64,000 nucleotides of DNA from Myxococcota bacterium (GTDB taxonomy: Bacteria; Myxococcota_A; UBA9160; UBA4427): the NCBI GenBank assembly GCA_029268645.1, contig JAQWNI010000094.1:6809-70808 (forward strand), given 5' to 3'. Numbering within the stretch: the stretch's first letter is position 1; the number at the start of each line of letters is the position of its first letter. Made by a program: the position numbers and the translations under genes. Below, in pieces: positions 37,882 to 46,132 of the stretch. Under the pieces are notes generated by a model that was given only the letters and a program-made list of their open reading frames with translations, ran no database searches and was not told the DNA's origin.

Positions 37882-38895
37882 ATGTTCGTCGACTTTCTCC
37901 AACTAGCGGCTGGGCTGACGATCCTCGTTGCTGGAGGGGAGTTGATGGTCCGCGGGGCCTCTTCTCTCGCGAGAAGACTCGGCATCTCAAATCTCATCAT
38001 TGGCCTCACAGTCGTGGCATTCGGCACCAGCGCCCCTGAGCTGGCGGTCAACATCGGCGCGGCCCTTAACAATGCGGGCTCTCTTGCCTTCGGCAACATC
38101 TTCGGGTCGAACATGGCCAACATTGGGCTCATTATTGCGCTCGTGGCTATTCTTCAACCGATTCCGATTCAGAACATTCTGATCCACCGCGAGCTTCCGA
38201 TGCTCATCTTGGCGACCGCCGCCGCCCTCGTGATGGCATTCGACTCGGAACTCGGCGGTGAGCGCAACGCCTACATGAGAACCGATGGCATCGTTCTCCT
38301 CTTCTTCTTCGTCATTTTTCTCTACTACACCATCAGCGACTTACTCCACCGGGGGCAAACCGGCGCTGAGCGGGCGGACAATGATGGTGCACCCCTCATC
38401 GAAATCCCAGAGGATGAGGACCACAAACCAGGCGGGGGACTCGGCCGGGACATTCTCCTGACTCTACTGGGCTTGGTGGGCTTGGTCGGCGGAGCCAAAT
38501 TGACAGTGGAAGGAGCCGTCGGCCTCGCGTACGCATTTGCGGTGCCCGAGGTCGTGATCGGCCTCACGATGGTTTCGTTGGGAACGAGCCTTCCGGAATT
38601 GGCCGCGGCCATGTCCTGCTTGCGGCATGGCAAGGCCGACATGGCTGTAGGCAGTGTCATCGGCTCAAATATCTTCAACACGTTGCTGGTGGCTGGCGTC
38701 ACGGCCACGGTTCACCCCATGATGATTCCCCCAAGCGGAACCGTAGACCTGGTGGCTACCTGCGTGATGTCTTTACTCTTCGCCTTAACAGCCTACACCC
38801 GCGGAAACGTCATCATACGAGCCGAAGGCGTCTTGCTGATGGTTGTTTACGTCACCTACCTGGTTTGGCGAACCATCTACTACGCGACCAGCTGA
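37882..38895 (+). CDS. Ca2+/Na+ antiporter (CaCA family, YrbG-like)
   Basis: Two alpha-repeats, GTSAPELAVN and GTSLPELAAA. GNIFGSNMANIGL and GSVIGSNIFN. About 10 TM segments. Confidence 0.85.
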   Translation: MFVDFLQLAAGLTILVAGGELMVRGASSLARRLGISNLIIGLTVVAFGTSAPELAVNIGAALNNAGSLAFGNIFGSNMANIGLIIALVAILQPIPIQNILIHRELPMLILATAAALVMAFDSELGGERNAYMRTDGIVLLFFFVIFLYYTISDLLHRGQTGAERADNDGAPLIEIPEDEDHKPGGGLGRDILLTLLGLVGLVGGAKLTVEGAVGLAYAFAVPEVVIGLTMVSLGTSLPELAAAMSCLRHGKADMAVGSVIGSNIFNTLLVAGVTATVHPMMIPPSGTVDLVATCVMSLLFALTAYTRGNVIIRAEGVLLMVVYVTYLVWRTIYYATS

Positions 38896-39941
38896 TGCAG
38901 AATGGACTCAAACATAAATCGGCTTCAGTCTTCAGCAGGACGGCGAGCTGGGCCTCCACCCCGACACTGCTCCTACTGAATGTCCTGCTGCTGGCCAGCG
39001 TTAGCCAGGCCCATCCCCTGGCACCAGCCCTTCTTGAACTGACTGCAGAAGAAAGCGGAATCACATCCGTCCTTTGGAAAGTCTCTCGGCTTCGGCCTCG
39101 CGGACAAGAGCTTCGGCCAGAGCTGCCCGTCGACTGTCCCCCCATCGGGCCTGTCGAAGAATCCGGCGACGCGCAGAGTGTTTCTCTGGCCTGGACAGTC
39201 GACTGCGGGCCAGCGGGAATCGTGGGGCAAAGGGTCGGCCTCGCCAGCAACGGGCCAATCCAGATCGACGTCTTACTCCGAATTTCTCTGCCTGACGGTC
39301 GGGTCGTTCGCGACGTACTCCGCAAGGGACACCCCAGCATCCAGGTCCCCGCGAAACAAACAAAACTTCAGGTTGGCTGGGGCTATTTAATCCTCGGGTT
39401 CGAGCATATTCTGGGCGGAACGGATCACTTAATGTTCGTCTTAGGTCTGATGCTTCTTGTCATTGGCATCCGCCCCCTCGTCAAGACGATCACCGCCTTT
39501 ACGCTCGGACACAGCGTGACGCTTTCTCTCGCGACGCTAGGGATCACCCAAGTCCCGAGCGCTTTGGCAGAATTCCTGATTGCCGCCACACTACTCGCCC
39601 TAGCCGTCGAACTCGCGACACCCACCGGCGACCGCCCGGCCCTGATCCAACGGCACCCCTGGCTGATGGCCTGCGCCTTTGGTCTCGTTCACGGCCTGGG
39701 GTTCGCTGGAGCCCTCTCAGAAGTAGGGCTTCCCCAACAGGAAATTCCCCTGGCTCTCCTCGCCTTCAACATCGGCATCGAGACTGGACAGTTACTCTTC
39801 GTCTCCGGCATGGCGATTATTGTGGTGGTCGCCTCACGTCCTCTGCGCAACTTGCCCGCTTGGACCCAACAGATTCCCGCCTACGCGATCGGCTCTTGCG
39901 CGGCCTTCTGGTGCTTGGAACGGCTCGCGGACCTCTTCTGA
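38895..39941 (+). CDS. HupE/UreJ-like membrane protein with an N-terminal periplasmic domain
   Basis: The ATG overlaps the antiporter stop (TGATG). Signal peptide LLLLNVLLLASVSQAHP. FEHILGGTDHLMFVLGL and TLGHSVTLSL match HupE-type motifs. Confidence 0.65.
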   Translation: MQNGLKHKSASVFSRTASWASTPTLLLLNVLLLASVSQAHPLAPALLELTAEESGITSVLWKVSRLRPRGQELRPELPVDCPPIGPVEESGDAQSVSLAWTVDCGPAGIVGQRVGLASNGPIQIDVLLRISLPDGRVVRDVLRKGHPSIQVPAKQTKLQVGWGYLILGFEHILGGTDHLMFVLGLMLLVIGIRPLVKTITAFTLGHSVTLSLATLGITQVPSALAEFLIAATLLALAVELATPTGDRPALIQRHPWLMACAFGLVHGLGFAGALSEVGLPQQEIPLALLAFNIGIETGQLLFVSGMAIIVVVASRPLRNLPAWTQQIPAYAIGSCAAFWCLERLADLF

Positions 39942-40021
39942 CAACCTCACTGCCTCGAGGCCCCCTGTTCCAATCGTCCAAAAATACAATCGGCTAAGGC
40001 CCGTTCCCTCGCGCCTGCTCT

Positions 40022-40594
40022 CTAAGAGGCGATCGGCTTGTAGCGGATGATCACTCGGGTCCCCTGATCCCAACCCTTCTGAAAACGGGGGCCCCATTTT
40101 TCCCATTCATCGGGATACCGCTTTGCGAAATCCGTCATAAGAAGACGAAAGGTCTCTGGGCTCGTATCGACGGAAGCGGATGCTCTAAAACTGGGTTCCT
40201 GACGAAAGCGTCCCCCTGAGCGACCCACGGGCCCGACGTCTCCGACCCAGATCCGTGCCTGGTCGAGCCCATCGCGCACAGCCGTCGCCTTCCAGCGATC
40301 ACGGGCTGTAAAAATCACCGCATCCCCCTGGTCTTCGAAAAACCAGACCTCGCCGTGACATTGGCTCTCCTGACCATCCGAGCGCAAAGGCGAAACGTAA
40401 ATCAGGGGACTCGTACGGAGTGCCTTCGCGGCCTCCTTAGACAGCACATAGCCCGCCGCTCGCACCGAGGACGCCTTGAGGGGAAGAACGACCGCACTCA
40501 ACCAGGCCAACCCACCCACTATCCATTGTCGCCGTGTAACACCGTCTTCCAGCTGAATCGGCTTATCCAGGTCAAATCGTCCGCAACCCTTCAT
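40022..40594 (-). CDS. exported hypothetical protein (twin-arginine-like signal; possible PNPOx-like split-barrel)
   Basis: The start was chosen at ATG 40594, 6 nt after AAGGAGA. TRRQWIVGGLAWLSAVVLPLKASSVRAA resembles a Tat signal. EVWFFEDQGDAVIFTA resembles split-barrel flavoprotein folds. The track ORF extends to 40933 by overlapping the ALDH gene. Confidence 0.5.
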   Translation of the reverse strand: MKGCGRFDLDKPIQLEDGVTRRQWIVGGLAWLSAVVLPLKASSVRAAGYVLSKEAAKALRTSPLIYVSPLRSDGQESQCHGEVWFFEDQGDAVIFTARDRWKATAVRDGLDQARIWVGDVGPVGRSGGRFRQEPSFRASASVDTSPETFRLLMTDFAKRYPDEWEKWGPRFQKGWDQGTRVIIRYKPIAS

Positions 40595-40680
40595 CCGCAT
40601 TCTCCTTTCATGGGAGAAGCGGCCCATTAACGGCCGCTCCAAATATATGCCCCACGCTAGAAAGCCTGTTGAGTCCCTCG

Positions 40681-42219
40681 CTAGCCCAGCCGCCGGCCCA
40701 AACGCGTGCCCCATAGGAATTTTATAAATTTCTGAAGGCCTTCGTCCGCATTCTGGCTGTAGGGATAGCGCTGAGTGCTCATCTTTCCGCCTCGGCGGTC
40801 CACAAGAATTGGTTCGGCGTGGCAGTACCCTCGCAACCCAACTTCTCCGTTGACTTGGCCGACGCCGCTTTCCTTCCGCCCCCCAAAGGGCGCCTCCTGA
40901 ACGCCGTAGGTCATGGTCATGTCGTTGATACAAACACTGCCCGTATGCATCCGCTCCGCCAAGCTGAGGCCCTTTCGGGGGTCACGGGTCCAGACATTTC
41001 CCCCCAGACCGTAGGCACTGTCATTGGCAAGCCGGAGCGCCTCTTCCTCATCCTGAACCCGCATAATGGGAAGAATGGGGCCAAAGGTTTCCTCCGTCAT
41101 CAGTTTCATCTCGTGATTGACATCCACCACGACGGTCGGCTCGTAAAAGAGTCCCTGGAGTGACGGGTTTCGACGTCCTCCGGTTAAGACACGGGCGCCC
41201 CGAGCCCGCGCATCGTCCATATGCTCTTCAATGATCTCGAGTTGGCGCGGCCAAAAAATGGCCCCCACATCAAACTCGCCCTCAGCGCCCTGCCTGAGCG
41301 CGGCCACTCGCTCCACGACCTTGTCCACAAAGGCATCCGCGAGGGAATCCACGACATAAACCCGCTCAGTTCCACAGCAGTATTGGCCTGTGTTCATGAA
41401 GGCGCCGCCTACAGCGCCGGCGGCCGCATAGTCGAGATGAGCGTCATCGCAGACGATCATCGCATCCTTCCCCCCCAATTCGAGGGTGCAGGGAATCAGC
41501 TGCTCTGCACAAGCGACAGCCACTCGACGCCCCGTCTCAACACTGCCCGTAAATGAAATCTTGTCGACGCCGGCTCGACAAAGTGCCGCTCCGGTTTCGC
41601 CATCGCCACTCAGTACCTGGAAAAGGCCATCCGGCAGACCCGCGTCTGCCAAAATGTCGGCCGCTAGCTGTCCGGAGAAAGGTGTGACCTCGGAGGGCTT
41701 AAGAATCACAGCATTGCCTGCCATGAGAGCCTGAATCGTCGGATTCATGGCTAAGACAAACGGGCCATTCCAGGGACTGATCACACCGACCACGCCCAGA
41801 GGCCGGTAAACAATGCGAAGTTTTTTCAGGAATCGAAGCATGCCATGCAGTCGCCTCGATTGAGGCTTGAGAATTTTTGCAGCGTTTTTTGCATAAAAGT
41901 TCAGCGCATCACAGACCGCGTAAACTTCCATTTGAAGGGCTTCGGTTTTCGGCTTGCCCGTCTCCTGCATCACCGTATCGATGATCTCATCCTGCCGAGC
42001 CAACAACGCCTCAAGGCCTCGAATCATGAATCGAGACCTTTCGGCCACCGGCAAGGCAGACCAGTCCGCCTGCGCTTTCCGAGCCCGCTCGACCGCCGCG
42101 CCGGCGTCATTCGCGTCCGCCACCTCGATCTCGCCGATGGGCTCCAGGGTGGCCGGATTGGCCAGCGCCAAGCGCCTCCGGGTCCCGGGGGCCGTTTCAA
42201 TCGCCTCGACGATCGCCAT
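40681..42219 (-). CDS. NAD(P)-dependent aldehyde dehydrogenase
   Basis: 512 aa from ATG 42219, preceded by GGAGGAGGA. LELGGKDAMIV (catalytic Glu), FMNTGQYCCGTERVYV (catalytic Cys), ETFGPILP. Confidence 0.9.
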   Translation of the reverse strand: MAIVEAIETAPGTRRRLALANPATLEPIGEIEVADANDAGAAVERARKAQADWSALPVAERSRFMIRGLEALLARQDEIIDTVMQETGKPKTEALQMEVYAVCDALNFYAKNAAKILKPQSRRLHGMLRFLKKLRIVYRPLGVVGVISPWNGPFVLAMNPTIQALMAGNAVILKPSEVTPFSGQLAADILADAGLPDGLFQVLSGDGETGAALCRAGVDKISFTGSVETGRRVAVACAEQLIPCTLELGGKDAMIVCDDAHLDYAAAGAVGGAFMNTGQYCCGTERVYVVDSLADAFVDKVVERVAALRQGAEGEFDVGAIFWPRQLEIIEEHMDDARARGARVLTGGRRNPSLQGLFYEPTVVVDVNHEMKLMTEETFGPILPIMRVQDEEEALRLANDSAYGLGGNVWTRDPRKGLSLAERMHTGSVCINDMTMTYGVQEAPFGGRKESGVGQVNGEVGLRGYCHAEPILVDRRGGKMSTQRYPYSQNADEGLQKFIKFLWGTRLGRRLG

Positions 42220-42408
42220 GGCATCCTCCTCCTGCGCGCCGCCCGCCCCTCTTCTGAGGCCGAAGACCAACGCGCCAGTTGGCTGCAAGAGAGAAGAGAG
42301 TACCCGAATCCAACCCTTCGCGGGTCGATCTCGGCGCGGATTCCGACCCCGGAAAACCATGCCAACTGGCTACACTCGCCCGATGGACCCCCTGAGCCGG
42401 AGGAAGGA

Positions 42409-43628
42409 ATGAGGACAAACCCGGGGGCGCTCGCCGGCAGACGGGTGCTTGAAATCACCGATGCCTCAGGCGCCTATTGTGGGAAGCTTCTCGCCGATAT
42501 GGGGGCTGACGTCATCCGGATCGAACCGCCGGGAGGCGATCCTACACGGGGCCTTGCCCCGTTTTTTCAAGATGAACCCGGGCCGGACCGTAGTCTGTTC
42601 TTCCTGTATATGAATACCAGCAAACGTGGCATCACACTGGACTACACCCAGCCTGCTGGTCGCTCTCTGATGCTGAAGCTGGTGAAAACATCCGACCTCG
42701 TACTGGAGAGCTGCTCTCCAGGCTTTCTGACACAGCATCGACTCGGCTATGAGGATTTGATCACCGAGCGCTCCAACATTGTCATGACATCAATCACGGG
42801 CTTCGGCCAGACCGGTCCCCATCGGGACTGGGCCTCAACGGACCTCATCGCCGGCGCCACGGGAGGTAGTTTGTACGTCACCGGGGAGTCCGAGGATCCA
42901 CCGGTGAGCCTGGTCGGTCATCAGAACCATTTAATGGCCAGTACGACCGCTGCCGCTAGCAGCTTGATCGCTCTCCGGCATGCCGGGCGAACCGGCGAGG
43001 GGCAACACGTCGACATATCGATTCAAGAAACGACTCTGCCGGTTCTCATATTTCGGGCGTGGGAAAGTGGCTCGACGATGGGATCATCCCCCGACGAGTT
43101 GGCTCCGGACTGACTGCCTCAGTTCCCTCTGGCGCCTATCCCTGTCGAGATGGCCGCGTCTACCTGATGGTTAACCGGCCCGCACACTGGGCCGCGCTAG
43201 CCCAGTGGATCCACGAAAAAACAGGGAACGAGGAGGTTCTCGACCCGCTTTTCGAGGGGCCGTCTTCTCGACGCATTGAATACCGAGAACTCCTCGACCT
43301 CTTCATCAGCGAGCTCACCGAGGGGCAGACCGTTCAAGACGTCTTCCAAGAAGGCCAACGACGCCATATTGCCTTTACCCCCCTCTACTCGCCCGAGGAG
43401 GTGATCCGCGATGCCCATTTGGCCGCGCGGGAGTTTTTCGTTTCGGTGCCTCACCCCACTATCGAATCCCTCCAGATGCCCGGCGCCCCCTATCGCCACA
43501 CTGCCACGCCCTGGGCAATTCGCCGCCCTGCTCCCCGGTTCGGCGAACACAACAAAGCGATTTACTGTGACGAGCTTGGACTGCAGTTCGATGCCCTCCA
43601 AGATCTGGTCGACCGGGGAGTGGTCTAA
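42409..43628 (+). pseudogene. family III (CaiB/BaiF) CoA-transferase interrupted by a frameshift near 43040-43062
   Basis: The N-terminal part is in frame 1 (GRRVLEITDASGAYCGKLLADMGADVIRIEPPGGDPTR...GQHVDISIQETTLPV). The homologous continuation is in frame 0 (GKWLDDGIIPRRVGSG...PSGAYPCRDGRVYLMV...FGEHN). Joined together they give about 406 aa, the normal length for this family. Confidence 0.7.
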
Positions 43629-43629
43629 A

Positions 43630-44877
43630 GTGGTCGGTACACAAAAAGCGCTTGAGGGAATCCGGGTGGTCGAATTTAGCCAGGGTATGGCCGGTCCCTG
43701 GATAGGCCGCATGATGGCCTGGTCCGGAGCTGAAGTGATTCGGGTCGAATCTCATAGCGTGCCGGGGGTCGTCCGACTCTATGTGTCGCCCCACGAACCC
43801 GAACGGGGCATCCAGCCAGAAATGTCGCCTTGGTTCACCGACTGGGATGCCGGCAAGCTATTTGTGGCCTTGGATCTAAAAAAACCTCAAGGCGTTGAAC
43901 TGGCCAAAAAACTCGTCGCTCGAGCCGATATCGTGATCGAAAATAATCGAGCGGGCGCGATGGCAAAACTTGGACTTGGCTGGGACGTACTGCGGAAAAT
44001 TAATTCGAAGCTCATCGGGCTCTCTAGCTCGGGCTTTGGAAACGAAGGCCCCCACGCGAACTTCGTTACCTGGGGTCCCAATGTCGAGGCCATGTCTGGC
44101 ATGATGCAAATGTCGGGCTTTCCTCATCGACAGGGCGCAACAACCCAATACGCTTATCCCGACGCCCTTTCGGCACTGCACGGGCTTTTCGCTGTCTTAT
44201 GCGCGCTGGATCATCGAGACCGAACCGGGGAAGGTCAGTGCATTGAGATCTCACAGTTTGAAACCACAGTCGCCATGCTGGGGCCGGAGATGATGGACCA
44301 GCTTGCCCATCATCGGCCTCCGCCTAAGCTCGGGAACGCCTCCCAAAACATGGCCCCACAAGGGTGCTACCCGTGTGCTGGAGAAGATCGTTACTGCGCG
44401 ATCAGCATTCGCAATGATGACGACTGGCAAAAACTGGCCGCCCTCCCTGCACTGGCTTTGCTCACTCAAGACCCCGACCTCGCTCACATCGATGGGCGTA
44501 AACGCGAGACGGACAAAATTGACCAAGCCCTCACAGCCTGGACAAAGGAACGAAATGCCGAGGGGGCCGTCGAAGAACTTCAGGCACTCGGACTTTGCGC
44601 CGGCGTCGTTCAGAACACGGAGGACCAGTATTTGAATGACCCTCATCTCGCATTCCGCAAAGCCTTCGAACAAATCCCACATCTCAAAAAGGGAGAAGTA
44701 ACGGCCGTCGGGATCCCGCTCGGACTGACTGGAACACCAGGACACACCTCACGAGCCGGAGCCGCCCTCGGCGAAGACAATGCCACCGTTTTTAGAGACC
44801 TGTTGGGGCTGTCAGAGACGGCCTACAGCGAGTTCGTTAAGGCGGGCGCCATCGAGGAGGGAGCTCCCGAGTTCTAG
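43630..44877 (+). CDS. family III CoA-transferase (CaiB/BaiF)
   Basis: GTG at 43630, 2 nt after the previous stop. LEGIRVVEFSQGMAGPWIGRMMAWSGAEVIRVES, IENNRAGAMAKLGLGW, GEGQCIEISQFE, QGCYPCAGEDRYCAIS. Confidence 0.85.
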   Translation: MVGTQKALEGIRVVEFSQGMAGPWIGRMMAWSGAEVIRVESHSVPGVVRLYVSPHEPERGIQPEMSPWFTDWDAGKLFVALDLKKPQGVELAKKLVARADIVIENNRAGAMAKLGLGWDVLRKINSKLIGLSSSGFGNEGPHANFVTWGPNVEAMSGMMQMSGFPHRQGATTQYAYPDALSALHGLFAVLCALDHRDRTGEGQCIEISQFETTVAMLGPEMMDQLAHHRPPPKLGNASQNMAPQGCYPCAGEDRYCAISIRNDDDWQKLAALPALALLTQDPDLAHIDGRKRETDKIDQALTAWTKERNAEGAVEELQALGLCAGVVQNTEDQYLNDPHLAFRKAFEQIPHLKKGEVTAVGIPLGLTGTPGHTSRAGAALGEDNATVFRDLLGLSETAYSEFVKAGAIEEGAPEF

Positions 44878-44939
44878 AAAAAAGTGAGCTCCGGCCGAGG
44901 CCCGGCCTGCTCAAACGTTTCTCTGACGGAGACATCAGA

Positions 44940-45914
44940 ATGCCCTGGAAGCACTCAGAACCCCCGTGGTCAACGGAGGACATGCCCGATCTTTCGGATC
45001 GTCATGTTGTGATCACCGGCGCAAACAGTGGAATCGGATTCGAAGCGGCTCGCCTATGCGCCGCCCGGGGCGCACGGGTCGTCCTCGCGTGCCGAAACGA
45101 ACAGAAAGCCCAGGCCGCCCTCGATCAAATTCTGGATTCGACCCCCTCCGCCCGGGCCGAGTTCATTCCACTTAACCTGGCCAGCCTTGCCTCGATTCAC
45201 CAATGCGCGGACCGCTTGAATGACCGACTCGGTCGCATCGACCTACTGTTCAATAACGCCGGCGTGATGGCCCTACCTCAGACCCTGACCGAGGATGGCT
45301 TTGAGATGCAGATCGGAACGAATCATTTTGGTCATTTCGCCCTGACGGGCAGGGTCCTGAATGCGATTTTGATTGCCCCAGCCGGGCGGATCATCAACGT
45401 CACGAGTAATGCCCACAAAATGGGCCAGATCAACTGGGAGGACATTCATGGCTCAAGTCATTATCGGCCCTGGCCGGCCTATGCCCAGAGCAAGCTCGCC
45501 AACCTTCTATTCACCTACGCTCTGCAACGTCGACTTGCCTCGACGCAGCAATCGGCCATCGCCGTCGCGGCCCATCCGGGTTACTCGGCGACGAATCTGC
45601 CCTTCGTCACTGCCCAAATGAATCAGTCTCCCTTTCAAGAGGCCCTGGTCAAGCTCGGCAATTGGCTGATCGCCCAAGACGCAACCCAAGGTGCCCTCCC
45701 CATGCTGCGTGCCGCCACCGCGCCGAATAGCCAGGGCGGGGAGTATTGGGGTCCACGAGGTGCCTTCGAAATGACCGGCGCCCCCGTCGAAGTCACTTCG
45801 GCCTCGCGCTCTCACAGTCGAGCGGATCAGGATCGCCTCTGGCAGATGAGTGTCGAACAAACCGGGGTCGATTTTTCAGTCCTCAGTCTCCCGACCCCTT
45901 CACCGGGAGAGTGA
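44940..45914 (+). CDS. short-chain dehydrogenase/reductase (SDR)
   Basis: VVITGANSGIGFEAA (TGxxxGxG), NNAG, and YAQSKLAN (YxxxK). Confidence 0.85.
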   Translation: MPWKHSEPPWSTEDMPDLSDRHVVITGANSGIGFEAARLCAARGARVVLACRNEQKAQAALDQILDSTPSARAEFIPLNLASLASIHQCADRLNDRLGRIDLLFNNAGVMALPQTLTEDGFEMQIGTNHFGHFALTGRVLNAILIAPAGRIINVTSNAHKMGQINWEDIHGSSHYRPWPAYAQSKLANLLFTYALQRRLASTQQSAIAVAAHPGYSATNLPFVTAQMNQSPFQEALVKLGNWLIAQDATQGALPMLRAATAPNSQGGEYWGPRGAFEMTGAPVEVTSASRSHSRADQDRLWQMSVEQTGVDFSVLSLPTPSPGE

Positions 45915-46132
45915 CCGAATGCCTTTGCCCTCTCACGCGATGGAACCCTGCCTTGATGAGAATCCTACTCCGGGCGGCTGCCCCGTTGCGGCACGAATGA
46001 TCGAGTCGGCGTCGTGGCCCTCGGATATCCTCACAGGCCTTCACCGGGCGCGAGGGGAGCCGGAATCAATCCGCCCCGCTACACCCGCGTTCCTCACTTT
46101 TTCGGCTAGAACCGCCCTCTAGGAGAATCCGC

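Noticed and set aside
41845-42408. The N-terminal 188 codons of ORF 41845..43113.
   Set aside because: It is antisense to the aldehyde dehydrogenase. CoA-transferase homology and a good SD begin only at ATG 42409.
43040-43062. Programmed -1 ribosomal frameshift in the split CoA-transferase.
   Set aside because: There is no X-XXY-YYZ slippery heptamer and no obvious downstream structure at ctc-ata-ttt-cgg-gcg-tgg. A 1-nt deletion or an assembly error is simpler.
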